Source: Octopus vulgaris (lineage: Eukaryota). From it: DNA of 64,000 nt. The position numbers and the translations under genes are program-made. The DNA lies in contig OX597828.1 in NCBI GenBank assembly GCA_951406725.2, forward strand, positions 19,902,001 through 19,966,000, read 5' to 3'. A model generated the notes under the pieces. The model was not told where the DNA came from, ran no database searches, and saw only the letters and a list, made by a program, of their open reading frames with translations. Of this stretch, positions 12,495 through 27,104 are shown one piece after another (the stretch's first letter is position 1; every line of letters begins with the position of its first letter).

Positions 12495-13137
12495 TCTTTA
12501 TTGCCCTCAGGGGGTAAACATAGAGGGGACAAACAAGGACAAAGGGATTACGTCAATTACATCGACTCCAGTGCGTAACTGGTACTTATTTAATCGACCA
12601 CGATAGGATGACAGGCAAGGTCAACTTCGGCGGAATTTTAACACAGAAGGTTACGGCAGATGAAATACCTATTTCTTTACTACCCACAAGGGGCTAAACA
12701 CAGAGAGAACAAACAAGGACAGACAAACGGATTAAGTCGAATATATCAACCCCAATTCATAACTGGTACTTATTTAATCAACCCCGAAATGATGAAAGGC
12801 GAAGTCGACCTCGGCAGAATTTGAACTAAGAACGTAACATCAGACGAAATACCGCTTAGCATTTCGTCCGGCGTGCTAGCGATTTTGCCAGCCCGCGGCC
12901 TACACACATACACACACATGTCATTCTTTTCTACTCTAGGTACAAGGCCCGAAATTCATGGGGAGGTGGCCAGTCGATTAGATGGATTCCAGTATGCAAA
13001 TGGTACTTATTTTGTCGACCCCGAAATGATGAAAGGCAAAGTCGACCTCGGCGGAATTTGAACTCAGAACGTAACGGCAGACGAAATAGCGCTAAGCATT
13101 TCGTCTGGCGTGCTGACGTTTATACCGGCTCGCCGCC
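12495..13137 (-). mobile_element. Tandem cluster of three SINE family 2 units
   Basis: The core gtcgacctcggcggaatttgaactcagaacgtaacggcagacgaaata recurs at about 12620, 12805 and 13041. Confidence 0.85.
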
Positions 13138-13197
13138 TACTCACACACACACACGCGCACACACACACACACACGCACATACACCCATATACACGCA

Positions 13198-13261
<64 letters not shown>

Positions 13262-13734
13262 CACACACACGCACACACATACATACACACACACGATATA
13301 GCTAGATTACTTACGATGTATAATAAATTATCTTGGAATCGAGTAGAGAATGCCGGAAGAAATATGAAATAGGCCATAATACAAAGAAGCAGAATGTACG
13401 ACACTAGCAATTTAGGAAATAAAGAGATCTTAATATGAAAAATGAAGACAGTTTAAAAATTTTTCTTACGTAAAACATCGGAGAAAAACACGAGTACATA
13501 AATGTAAATTAAATAAATTGTTGTGTTTTCGGGAGTAGAAGAGATTTGAATGAAAAGAGTAAATAAAATTACGACAATGAAAAATGTTTTTATCAAACTG
13601 AAAATAATTTGGTAATTGAGTTAAAGAATAAAATGAGTAGTATGACTGAAAACTTAGTAAGGGTGAGGATGGATGTTGAATTTAAAATAATTAGAAAGCC
13701 AGAGACAATACACACTGCTGCTAAAGTCCAAAAC

Positions 13735-13970
13735 CCATGGTGAAAGGTTTCTGCTTATCATAACCTACTCCAACACAAACATCTTGGCATTCATATAGAG
13801 ATTTCACTGCGACTGGAAATTGTCCATTAATTCCAGACTGCTGCAAAATCCTTCTCAAGTTTTCCCGCGATTCGCGGTCACGTGCCTTTTCGAGGTCTAC
13901 AAAGTAGACGTACCTCCCTTGACAATATTCACACGATTTCTCGAAGACTTGCCAAAGTGTGACCAGGTCA
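13735..13970 (-). mobile_element. RTE-clade LINE reverse-transcriptase fragment
   Basis: Minus strand translates TLWQVFEKSCEY..YVYFVDLEKARDRESRENL..ILQQSGING..VKSLYE, matching the RT motif F.DLEKAYDRV.R. Confidence 0.78.
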
Positions 13971-14007
<37 letters not shown>

Positions 14008-14039
14008 TCTCTTATATACTCTCTTATACACACACGCAC

Positions 14040-14338
14040 CTTTGTTTTGGCGGCACCTTCGTTTTGGAAGTCAATTGACCCTGTTATCTCCCCTACTATC
14101 CTTCTCGCGTCTGACCACTGTCCGAAGTCAGGACGCCATGATAGATCGTTAGCTCCTACACGCATTTTTTTCTCTCTTTGTTTTTTCTGTGTATCTTTCT
14201 GTCGAAGAGCGTAGGCTCGAAACGTAAAATACTTTTTCTATTTCTATTCCTGAGCGCTATCCTAATACATTTGTTTGTTTGTACTCCACACTCCACCTGC
14301 CTTCGTCTTTTGTTTATTTTCGTAAACGTTCCCGTTAT
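14040..14338 (+). mobile_element. Repeat family A with hammerhead-like motif (14194-14231)
   Basis: TCTTT-CTGTCGA-A-GAGC(GTAG)GCTC-GAAACGTA-AAATA. Homologous to 398-610; bounded by TA repeats. Confidence 0.75.
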
Positions 14339-14357
14339 ATATATATACATACATACA

Positions 14358-14652
14358 ATGGCCCAGCAGTTAGGGCAGCGGACTCGCGGTTGGAGGATTG
14401 TAGTTTCGATTCCCAGATCGGGCGTTGTATGTGTTTATTGAGAGAAAACACCCTTTTCTGGCTTCGGCTGGGGGTGGTGGCGACCACTGTTGTACTCTTT
14501 CGCCACAACTTTCTTTCACTCTCTCTTCTTGTTTCTTGAGTAACGCTGCGATGGACTGGCGTCCCGTCTAACTGGGGGGAGGGGGCACACATACGCCACA
14601 GAACCCGGGAAACCGGGCCAATGAGCCTGGCTAGGCTTGAAGAGAGCGACGT
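14358..14652 (+). mobile_element. SINE family 3 (V-domain-like core)
   Basis: atggcccagcagttagggcagcggactcgcgg...gtttcgattccc head and gctgcgatggactggcgtcccgtc core. Confidence 0.8.
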
Positions 14653-15104
14653 TTATCGTATATATATATATATATATATATGATGTTTTCTAACACAGCA
14701 TATCAATAATAGATATCATCTCGGACAACAACCGCAGTGGTTGTTGGTGCAATGGTGCATATACGTTATGCCCGTATATGCAATGGTGCATATACGTTAA
14801 ATAGGATACAAAGATGACTGTTTTAAAATAACTAATCATTAAAATAGCAAATTGTTTCTAATTTAGGTATGACGCAGTAGTTTTAAGGAGACGTCGTTCG
14901 TTGATTTTAGTCATCCTAGTAATTGACAAGAAATGTATTTTATGTACCCGGGGTGGAGGCTGAAAGGTGAGGGTTGACATCAGTGGGATTTGGATCAAGA
15001 ACGTTAAAACCGGAACATCTAAACAGAGACAATTTGGCTAACGGGTTCTAACCAAACCACCTCGCAATTAGAATTAAAAGTTATGTTTTATTATAGGTAA
15101 AAGA

Positions 15105-15300
15105 ACGGAAGTTTAGCTGGGAGCAGACTAGTCGATTACATCGATCGCAGTGCTCAAGCGATATATATTTTATCGACTTCGAAAGGATGAAAAGAAAAGT
15201 CGAGATCGGCGGAATTTGAGCTCAAAATGTAAAGAACAGGAAGAAGTATCAGTAAGAATTTCCGACCGGCGCAGTAACGATTCTACTGGTTCACCGCCTT
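15105..15300 (-). mobile_element. SINE family 2, degraded
   Basis: gtcgattacatcga...gaaaggatgaaaagaaaagtcgagatcggcggaatttgagctc. Confidence 0.7.
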
Positions 15301-15777
15301 GTTTTAAAAATTAAAATAATAAAAGCATAAACCAAAAGCATTTGAAGAGATGATAATCATAAATGATCCAGAAGGAAAACAAACTTACGATAGAAAATTA
15401 TGATTGAAAATTATTACGAAGTAAAAATAACAGAAAGTTGAAATAATTTGTGAACAATTGTAGAATTCAATAACCAAAACGAAAGCCTACAGTGACTGAA
15501 GGATGAAAAATTTAAGAAATATGTGAGATAAATATGATAGATAATAATTGAATATTAAGAGAAGATTAGTTAAAGAACTTGTAAGAAAGAGTAAATAAAG
15601 AATAGAGATCTAAATAAATATGCATGATATGATAATATTAATTATGAGATGTAACAAATTACCTACGAACCGGGTGGCGAATGCCGGAAGAAATATGAAA
15701 TAATTGACATGATGCAAAGAAAAAAAATTCGTAGTACGAATAAATGAAAATGTAACAAATAAATACGCAATTTTATT

Positions 15778-15876
<99 letters not shown>

Positions 15877-16600
15877 CAGTTCGTGTATGTGCATATATGT
15901 GAAAGCATGTACCTATGTAAATATATGTGTATATATATATATATATATATGCGCACACACATATATATTTACATACAGGCACATAAATCATATACAAGGT
16001 AGCTCAGAGTATTATTATAAAACCAGCAGTAAACAAAAATACACGCAAGTTTATAAATAATACACTCACATGTGTATACATTTTTCTATACATACAGATA
16101 CACATGTATATATTCATGTGCGCACGTATATGGATATTTATCAGTATAATTGTGGGGTAGTTTATAAGAAATGTAGAACTAACCTGAAGAGGAGTATATA
16201 TTTGTAAAAAGCTAATTAGAGATGACACGTTATCAGAACAATCCATAAATATAAGCATATATCGAAGTAATGAGAGTGTATCTTGGTGGAATGAGGGATG
16301 CTAGTGTGTAATGATGTTCAGTGAACGTAGTGAAAAGGAGAATAGAGTTGAGAAAAATAAAAGGTTTAGTAAATATGATAATGATTGATGTTAATTAGAA
16401 GTAGGTTTGAATAAACTAGAGTGGAAACGATACACTTAGTGTGAAAAAGTTTTTGAGGAATACCATTGAGAAATATTTTCTATGCAGCGTTGTATTTAGT
16501 ATTAAGATTAAAGAATCGACTAATGAAGCCTGGGCTTCGTTAGTGTGTTGGCCATTATAAAACATTTGTAGGATTAAAATATTTAGTTTTCGTTAATATA

Positions 16601-16741
16601 TTAGGTTGTCCCAAAAGTTCGTAAACACTTGCGAAAATTGAATTTTTACTCGCCAAGTACTAACAAAAACAACAAAAATTATTCCTCAAAATAAAGACCA
16701 TTATTTTCCAAGACTTTCTACGAACTTTTGGGACAACCTTA
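16601..16741 (-). mobile_element. Mariner-derived MITE (141 bp)
   Basis: TIRs ttaggttgtcccaaaagttcgta / tacgaacttttgggacaacctta with TA on both sides. The internal minus strand encodes VLENNGLYFEE*, a mariner-type transposase C-terminus. Confidence 0.85.
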
Positions 16742-18351
16742 TATTTTTTTCTTACAGCGCGGAAGTTCAAAAATTTTATTTAACAGCGAGGGTTTTGAGA
16801 ATATGACTTCCAACTTTTCATATGTACAAGGTCGACGTGGTTCTTTCTTATAGTCAGAGGGTCGAGCGAAAGGTGGAAATTTTCCGCGAGATGCTAAAGT
16901 CTATATCAAAATTCATTAGAGGCCAAATATCAGAATGAACAAAGTGCGAGTACTTTTTAAGAAGGGTCTGAATGTATAGTCATGCTGATAAAATCGTATT
17001 TTAAAAATCTCTTCGAAGGCCAATATTACTAAAAAAAGATGTATTAATATTTACGACATCATGATATTAGCTAGACGATATTCTTGGGAGGGAGATATAT
17101 ATTTTAGAGGCCGTATTTATTTAGTAGCAATAGGGTTAATGATGATGATGATGATACTAATCTTACGTAGTCTGTGATAGAGGGTTCTGAAATATGTTGC
17201 TGAACAAGAAGCACAGATTATTTGATTATAATCATCAAATGTTTTTTGCTGAACATCAGTTTATTCCTCACTCTAGCAAATCGTCATTATCTGAACTGGT
17301 TCATGGTACATCAAGTCAGGTGTTCAAGTGATCGCTGGTTGCTTTTGTGTAATGTATGCATAGGGTTGAAGTGTTTTAATAAAACAAATAATATTTTTTT
17401 GTGGGGGCTGTTACATCAAAAGTAAATGGTGGAGTAAACCAGGTGAGTTTTCTTTCCAATATTTTCCGTTATTCATTTAAAAAAAAGAGACGAAAAATGA
17501 TTTAATTTTATCAGTAAAACTACATGCTATAGTATCATTGAAAACATTAAAGAATAAGGAAAATAGTAATTTATAGACATATTGCAGATTATTAAGTATT
17601 GTTTTTAGGCGACTAGGTTGTTTCTTTACATGGAATAATTTTAATGTTGCAAAATAATCGTGAACCTAAATTAATTTTTTTTAAATGTACGGCCTTTTTC
17701 TAACGAAGTCGGTAGATTGTGACTTCATTTTCATTTTACGAAGAATCTATCCTCTCGATAGAAGCCACCTTCCAAAGACAAAAAAAAAAAAAAAATCAGT
17801 GTGATCGTCTAAGCAACTATTTCCGCAGAATTCGTTTAATCCTAGGGTAATGCATGCGGTTGATTTTATCCATATTTTAAACAAATTCTTATCAATACTG
17901 GTGATACCCTACACCCATCATCACTTTTATCCGCAGTGTTCAATCAGACACCGAGACTTCTGTGATAAACTTATATATTCAGAAAAAATATCTACCTCCT
18001 GAACTATCTCGAAATGTTATCTCGTATGTTTTACATACTTTCGTCTATGAATCACGTAAACTTTTAGATAAGTGGCTGTCTCCAAACTTATAAGTGTAAA
18101 TTCAACAAATCTTCGTTTACCAAATAAGTAATTCTATATATATATATATATATATATATACATGTGTGTGTGTGTGTGTAGTGTAGTGTATTGTTGATAC
18201 TATCTTGCGCTTCATATTTACCGTCTATCCATTTTTAATTATACTGTAAACAGTCGCTTATCATTTATCGTCTCGCTTGCTATAGTCATTCAGTTCTCAG
18301 TTCTCATGTCCACAATTTACGACTGACTATATTTGCAGGAATATCTATCTA

Positions 18352-18386
<35 letters not shown>

Positions 18387-18417
18387 ATGTATCTATCTCT
18401 GTCTCTATATATATATT

Positions 18418-18448
<31 letters not shown>

Positions 18449-18570
18449 TAGAGTACGTATAATATTTGGTATTGCTGATATCTTTATAGGAAAACAACAA
18501 AATATTGAATGACCATGTGAATGTATACATATGTTTCTGTGGACATACGCACACACACATACAAACATAC

Positions 18571-18640
<70 letters not shown>

Positions 18641-19196
18641 TTATATATGTGTATTTTTGTATATAGGTATATATGTATGCATATATATGTGTTTGTGTGT
18701 TTATAAAGCAGACACAGCTTTGGTCCATACTTGTTTAATACTGCGCAAACGAAGGCACAGTAGTTTCAAACTGAGTGTGGAGGAAAGTCTGTATACATTA
18801 TATATTTTTCATTTTAGTGCGTGATGTTTTCAAGGCTGAAGTAGCTGACCTGAACGTTTTTGATGTTGAATAATTTGTTGCACATGTGTGTATATGGAAA
18901 TATTATATCAACGAAAGAATATTTTGACTATGTTAGGGATACAAGTACACTGAATACTTGAGTAATCGAGTTTCCCTTATTTTTATATGTAGTGTGAGCG
19001 GTTGATGCTCCCATTATACTAGCTTCTCGTTAAAGTCGCTTCTAGATAGCATATCATTATAGTAGTCGGAGGGCCCTTTTAAATATGCGTTTGCTTCACA
19101 AAATTTCACCTCCAAGATTCCTAATTATGTCGTGGGGTGGAGTCAAGATGGGATTCTATCTCTTACGTGTGTATTCCATGGTGTTATTTTGTTATC

Positions 19197-19198
19197 TG

Positions 19199-19286
<88 letters not shown>

Positions 19287-19445
19287 CATACCTACCCATC
19301 TGATCCCTATTGATCGGCTTCTTTTTTCTTTCCACGATCCCTTTTGATCGAAATTCTACCCCGCCCCTTTTCTTTTTTTTTTCTTTCCTTCCAAAAAAGA
19401 AAAGCTCTACTTTGTGTTCAGCCCTGTGTGGATAATAAAGAAACA

Positions 19446-19514
<69 letters not shown>

Positions 19515-19584
19515 GCCTGCCTGCCTGCCTACCTACCTACCTACCTACCTACCTACCTACCTACCTACCTACCTATCTATCTAC

Positions 19585-19642
<58 letters not shown>

Positions 19643-19650
19643 CTATCTAT
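19197..19650. repeat. Compound (TATC)n/(CCTA)n/(CT)n microsatellites
   Basis: Directly visible. Confidence 0.95.
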
Positions 19651-20264
19651 TTAACTACACACACAAAGACGCACATGCACACACATGTAGGGGCAGAGGA
19701 GAATAATTCTAATTCAACGGAAATTAGTAAAATATTGATAGCAGAATATGATCCGGATTTGTTGTGTAGTAGCACACGCACGTTAACAAAAGTATTTACA
19801 CAATATAAATATATGTTCATATTTTCCTGAACATACATGATCTAATTTCCAAATGTGCATTTACATGCAAATCACAAGCACACATATATAGACGCACACA
19901 AACACACGTGCGTGTATAATAAATCAACATTACGTATATGAATTTGTATATATGGTATTATACGGATATAGTATATATGTACGTATATATAAAAGATACG
20001 TTAAATATCCTCGCATGATATATATATGTCTGTGTATTTGTGAGTGTATCTATGTAACAATGTATATATCTATCTGTCTATCTATACCTAGATGCATATA
20101 CACCACATACACAGACATACACATGTGCAGACACTCACATACACTCACACACACAAACACTCACAACACACACACACACACAAACACAGACACACACATA
20201 TAGATATACATAAAAATTGAATTGAATATATATACACATATATATATATATGCATACACACACA

Positions 20265-20352
<88 letters not shown>

Positions 20353-21239
20353 CATGCAATTAAAAGTCGTTTAATTTATTTATAATGTAATTGAGATATA
20401 ATATAAACTAGATACAAATTTTATCTGAAATATTCGTTTACGTTTCAGAAATTTCATTTTCTCTCTCAATATTTTAACATCTGTAAGACGAAATTTCATT
20501 TTTTGGCTTCTTTGAATTGTTTCTCGTTAATGTTTTACAAAACGGGACTAAATATGCTTGACAAAAAGATCAAACATACTGAAGGAATTTATCATTTAAT
20601 TCAATGCAATATCAATAACAATTCCCTGTAATATTAATTGTTTTGATATCCTTATGTATACTGGGAAATAACCGCTTTGCAAAAACTTAAAAAAAACAAA
20701 CCAAAATCTAATTACAATACAAATTATAAAACGCAATCTACAAACAGAACTGAATTGGAAAGAATTAAAATTTATTAATAAAAGATGGCGTACTTGAGTC
20801 ACTCCCATAATATATTCAAATAGTGATGATTTATAATTGATGAATATTTTCATTTCGGCTTTTAAATTAATTGTTGAAAATGTAGAAAATAAAAGCAATA
20901 TTCTTGTCGTTAGGATTCCTGTCATCAAATATTTACTTTCCACTGCGTGCGTGCGTGCATGCGCGTGCGTGTGTGTATATATATATATATATATATGTAA
21001 ATACACACACACACACACACATATAAATTCGTATATGTATATACATATATATAACATGTGTAATATATATATGTATGTGTGTATGTGTTATATATGAAAT
21101 TGTATACACACGTACATATATACATGTATAAACACACGCGCTCGCACTAGCACACATGCATTTATATAATGATAACAATTATAATTATTAAAATAATAAT
21201 CATGATGATAATCGTATTAATATTAATCGCAGCTATTAA

Positions 21240-21590
21240 TTATTTTAATGTCATTTTCATCATAATCTTCATAATCATCGTCGTCGTCATCGTCGTCATC
21301 ATCAACATCATCATCATCGTCACCGTTGTCGTAGCCGTCATGATTATCATCATCACCATCACCATCATCATCATTGTCATCGTCATCATCATCATCATCA
21401 ATGTCATCATCGTCGTCGTCGTCGTCATCCTCCTCCTCCTCCTCATCATCATCATCATCAGTATCACCATCATCATGCGAGGTAGCAACAGCAGTAGCAC
21501 CTGCAGTGAACTAGCAACGGTAAAATTGGCATTTACTATAACAACAACAACAACAATAATAATAATGTTGATAATAATAATAATCTTAAT
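21240..21590. repeat. Degenerate (ATC/GTC)n and (AAC/AAT)n trinucleotide tract
   Basis: Directly visible. Confidence 0.9.
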
Positions 21591-21905
21591 TCTTTTTCCT
21601 GTTCTTGTTATCTGTTAATCACTACATGAATTTATCCAAACATATTTACATAGTTGCAAGCACGTACATCCTTTATTCGGAAATTCAGGAACGCGGAAAG
21701 AAATGGTGAAAATTACGCATGCGTGTAACAGAATGCACTCACCCTGCGCCCACAGATACGCACACATACAAACAATACACTACACACCATATTCATTACA
21801 ACCATACTTATCCATAAAAGAAATACAAGCATAAAACCACCAACTCACCCAGAAGAAAGCATAAACATGAATACTAAAATAATAATGATAATAATAATAA
21901 TAATA

Positions 21906-21984
<79 letters not shown>

Positions 21985-21985
<1 letters not shown>

Positions 21986-22165
21986 CCCTTCGGCTTTAGG
22001 TATAAAGCCTGAAATTTTGGTACTAAACGATTACATCGACCCCAGTGTCCAACTGGTCCTTATTTCATTGATCCTGAAAGGATAAAAGACAAATTCGACC
22101 TCGGTGGAATTTGAACTCAGAACGTAGCATTTCGCCCGGTGTGTTAACGATTCTGCCAGCTCGCC
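21985..22165 (-). mobile_element. SINE family 2
   Basis: cgattacatcgaccccagtg...tcgacctcggtggaatttgaactcagaacg...ttctgccagctcgcc. Confidence 0.78.
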
Positions 22166-22167
22166 TA

Positions 22168-22290
<123 letters not shown>

Positions 22291-22296
22291 TAATAA

Positions 22297-22858
22297 ATCC
22301 CTGATGCAGTACCAGACAATGGCCCTCATGGCTTTTGATCTTAACTGATTGGAAGTGTTATCATGTAAATTGTTTTCTCTTTGTATAAAAGATGGGCTAC
22401 AGCAGATTTTGTGATCAACACCATAGATTTGCTTGTTAGTTGTTTGATCTTAACCAGTTGACCATGTCCTTTAGTGGCTCACGATATGTGCATCTCTGAT
22501 CATGAGCAGAAATGGGGGAGCATCATAGGCATGTGTTGAGAGGAATTCTTTGGAGTTTGAATAATTTACTTCTGGAGGCAAGGGAGTTTCGTTTAACATT
22601 CTTAAACAAACCTTTTTCAGGGACCATTTGAGCATGATGGACTACCCGATCTGAAGAAAATTTTAATTGGGCCCCACCTGCAAGGTCATGTGCTGTTTAT
22701 CTTGATATGAGATCACCATGTCGTGCACATATGGTTGTGATACATGAGCTTTGTGTACCTTTGTGTACCTTTATCAGACGGGTAGTCATGATGGGTATAC
22801 TGGGCTTTGTATATTTTGCCCCAGTGTCACTTTGATGGCATGCGCTGCTCTCTCACTC

Positions 22859-22860
<2 letters not shown>
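22297..22860 (+). mobile_element. ~565-bp non-coding element embedded in (TAA)n (family T)
   Basis: Begins ccctgatgcagtacc and ends gctgctctctcactcaa, with (TAA)n on both sides. Copies at 33912-34466 (-), 52925-53388 (+) and 37925-38050 (partial). Confidence 0.85.
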
Positions 22861-22918
<58 letters not shown>

Positions 22919-23249
22919 CCTTTCTGCTACAAAGCCTGACGTTCTGGAGGCAATGGGATTACATTGCCCCTAGTGCGCAACTGCTATTTAGTTTATCAGG
23001 ATGAAAGGCAAGGTCGACGTCACTGACATTTGAATCGAAAACTTGGAAGAGATGTTGCTAAACATCTTGTCCGGCGCAGTGACTATTCTTTCAGCTTTAT
23101 TATGGTGAGACACATTTGCTTTATAAGTAATGTTGCGCACCTCTTTGACACACGAATAATCAAGAAGGAAGGCGAAAAGATAGACATAAATAGCCCTTTT
23201 TTAATACGAGATAGCTCGAATGAGGAAAATGAAAAAGGGAAAGATAAAC

Positions 23250-23603
23250 ATCTTTTTCTCTTGGCTTTAATGAGAAAATTCTATAGTTTGTAAGATATCT
23301 GTTGTTTTTTTCTTCAATTTCTGCAATTTCAACCAATCAGTGACGTCCATTGAGGTAAAAAACATTTTGTGCCGTATGAATATGTCCCTCGTTTAAGAAA
23401 CAGATTGGGTTTATTTACATTTGTGAAGAAAAAAAGATACCCTCCCCCACCCCTAACCCTAACCCTAACCTTAGCCACAACCCTAACTAACCCTAACCCT
23501 AAAATAGATTGAAATGCTATAGATCGATACTAGGGTCATAATTATGGGTGACAATTTCATATGACACCGCTAGAAAAAAGTGTCTTTCAAACCGAAAAGA
23601 TCC
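23250..23603. mobile_element. Interspersed repeat (probably a truncated MITE) with internal (CCCTAA)n telomere-type repeats
   Basis: ccctaaccctaaccctaacc...ccctaaccctaa at 23451-23502 lies inside non-simple sequence ending ttcaaaccgaaaagatcc (putative TIR; only one end seen). Confidence 0.5.
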
Positions 23604-23604
23604 A

Positions 23605-23830
23605 AAGATAGTGCCAACTATAGTTGGGTCTTTAGGGAGAATATCAAAGGGCTCGAAGAGGTATATAAAAGAAAAGAGAATTGGGTGTCCGGTAGAACAC
23701 TTGCGAAAATTTTGCATTCTTGGCGCGACCAGAATCACTTGGAAAGTTGAAAAGAACAGCTAGATTGATACCGTAGACTGTATGTAGCAAGAGTGAATGT
23801 AGCGAGCCCCAACAAAAACTTAGTTTAAAG
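23605..23830 (+). mobile_element. R4/Dong-type RLE C-terminal fragment plus 3' UTR
   Basis: KIVPTIVGSLGRISKG...VEHLRKFCILGATRITWKV matches the RLE tail (IPVVIGALG...QK..LMGTAHILRK at 37236-37622). Followed by (AAC/TAA)n. Confidence 0.65.
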
Positions 23831-24824
23831 AACAACAAAAACAACAACAGTAATAACAACAACAATAACAATGATATTATCAACAGGAACACGCATATAT
23901 ACGCACAAATATACACTGACATACAAACACACAAACGTGTGTAGGTGAACTCAAGAAATACATGAAACCCGTGACCGACTAATTGAATCCACTAATTCGC
24001 CTCTCCGCAGATTATCGATCTGCCATATCAACAAAGAAAGAACGCATTAGATAATGTAGTTCTGGATAGACTATATATCTAAATATAAATGGACGTGAGT
24101 ACAATCGTTTTATTCATAGGAATGTAGGATCAGTTCTAGCCCGAAGCTCAACAGCAGCACCACCGCCACCAACGATAACAACAACGACGGGGAAGACAGT
24201 AAAAGAAAGAAAGACAACAGCGATGACGCGGGGAACAACAACAACAATAATAATAATGACAACAACAACGACAACGACACAAACAAAGACGGAAAACCAG
24301 AAAAATCGACCTGGAAAGTGAAACAAACACATGTTCAGACTTCTTGACGTGGAGTGCCCTACACAGGAAGTGTGATGTTTAATCATCAGTTAGAAGACCC
24401 AGTATATTTAGAGCAAAAACGCACACATGTCTACATTTCTCTTTCTGTCTCTGACTATCTGTCTGTCTGCCTGTCTGTTTGTTTCTCTCTCTCTCTCCCG
24501 CCCTCCTCTCTCTCTCCCTCTCTCTCTCACTAAATGGTGGAAACAATTGTAGTGATTAATAAAAATTCTCGTATCTTCATCTTCCGTCTCTCATTAACCA
24601 GCACGAAATAGGGAGTAATAAACAGACGGCAACTGAGGAAGAGTTTTGGCATTTTGTCCCGTACTTGTCTCTCGTTATGTGTTTACGTATTTTTCACTCA
24701 TCGATGATGTCCTGTACTTAATGTGCATTTATATATATATATATAAGTTTGGATTTTATTCCCTCAAATAATAATTATATACACACACACACACATGCAC
24801 ACAAACACCCACACACACATGCAA

Positions 24825-24859
<35 letters not shown>

Positions 24860-24947
24860 CCTCTGTGTTGTTTACACACCTGCCTTCGTCTTTTGATTTT
24901 TGTAAATTCCAACTATATTATATACACATGCATATATGTTTGTATAA

Positions 24948-25015
<68 letters not shown>

Positions 25016-25829
25016 ATACATAGATATATATCAACTTGAGTGCAGTGGCATTGGAACTTAGACCATGGTGTTACGTTGCAAAATGCTGTAATAGCCATTT
25101 ACTAAATCCGGCTGTTTACCATTGTTACTATCATCAAATTGATACTCATAAATGCATAATAAATTCAATTGGCTTCTTGGTCACACAGTAGATATAATAC
25201 ATGATTTTCTAGAACACTGGACTCGTTTTCGCAGTAAGCCGTCTTATACTTAACATGGTGATTAAACCTGAAGTTAATGAAGCAGTCGTTAAATATGTAG
25301 TAATCCCAGAATAGAATATAAGGCTTTTCGTCACAAACATTCGCTTTTAGTATCGGATTTACAATTTCTCTTTGCTACGCTAATTTGAATCTCCAACCAT
25401 GTTCCTGCTCCGCTGGTCTCGTTATCCATCTAATCATTAATCTGCAACACTTAAAGTGAACATTATCTGAACTTAGCTTATTAAATTAACCTTAACTCAA
25501 ATAATTAGTAGCATTACACGAAGCGGTTATGAGCGACTCTTTGAATATTTGATAATGAATATACAGGCTGTATGTAAAACACATTAGACATACATCCTCA
25601 TTATACATACACACATAATTGCGTACATATTAATAAAACATATACATACATTCAGATATATATGAATGGCCGTAAGCATGGCTATGTGTTTAAGAATCAG
25701 CTTCGCTGATAGATTCTTTTATAGTATCGGTCTAACAAATGCATTGTGAATGAATTTGCTAAAGAAATCTGTGGAAGTCTGTCATATGCACACACCCACA
25801 TACAATCACCCTCGCACACAGACAGACAT

Positions 25830-26000
25830 GTGAAGGAGTGCTGAAATATTCCTTGCTTTGGGTAAAAGAAAATACAAGATCAATTAATTATGATTTTATT
25901 CAACATCTTCGACTCTCAGATTCAGACACTTTTTACAGCAGTCCTACAGTTTTTCTAAGCCCTGTAAAAGAAATCGGAAAGTTGGCAGAACCCCGAATGC
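25830..26000 (-). mobile_element. Mariner 3' end fragment
   Basis: TIR-like gaaggagtgctgaaatattccttgcttt. The minus strand encodes LQGLEKL*DCCKKCLNLRVEDVE*, a mariner-type C-terminus. Confidence 0.65.
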
Positions 26001-26789
26001 TCAATATACAGATGCGATAGAAAGATATGTGTGCCTGTTTGTTGTAAGCCGACATGATTTTCTTCATGTCTCACGATAAATGCCGAAACCTTTAGGTATG
26101 TCGAAATAATGCAGCGTAAGAACATAAATTTCTCTCTCCTACTCTCCCTCCCTTCATCTCTCTTTCTTTTTCTCTCTCTGACTTTCTCTCTTTCCTTCTA
26201 TGTCTGTATGTACATGTGGAGGCATGCTTACAAATAGATATATACGTACATACAGCCATATATGTGTATGTATGTATATATTTGGGTTTGTACTTATAAC
26301 GTTCGCACCGCTTAACAACCGCCGCTGGTTTTTCTACGTCCCTGTGACTTAGCGGTTCAGCAAACAGACATCAATAGAATAAGAAAAAAACTTCTAAATA
26401 AGGAGTGTATTCGATTTGCTCGATTGAATCCTTCAAGGTGCTGTCCCAGCATGGCCACGACACACACACTCACATGGATATTTACCTATGCCAACACAAA
26501 TGTACGCAGGTACTCAGATATGCCTTTATATATATATATATATATATATTGGCCTGTTCGCTTAGCCAGCGGGGTGGCGTCATTTGAAGCCTAAAACAAT
26601 GCGAAGCGCATTGTGAACAGCGATTTGTAGCAACATCTGATAGCCTGGTCAGTCACGGTGATCACGGTGATAAATGAATATATATATATATATACATACA
26701 TACACATTATGAAATGTGTAGGAAATGGTTTGTTAATTTTTCCTCTATAATAATTCCAATACACAAATACATAAGTACATGCATGCATG

Positions 26790-26845
<56 letters not shown>

Positions 26846-26863
26846 CACACACACACACACGCA

Positions 26864-26912
<49 letters not shown>

Positions 26913-27011
26913 ACACATATATGATAAAATGAATAGAAAAGTTTTTTCCGCTAATTTTTCCACTATAATAATACAACTATATAATACTGTACGAAGGATT
27001 TTGTATTTATT

Positions 27012-27104
<93 letters not shown>

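Noticed and set aside
21169-21618. Hydrophobic Ile/Val-rich 149-aa ORF resembling a membrane protein
   Set aside because: It is a degenerate (ATC)n microsatellite.
23451-23502. True chromosome end
   Set aside because: The repeat is short, degenerate and internal.
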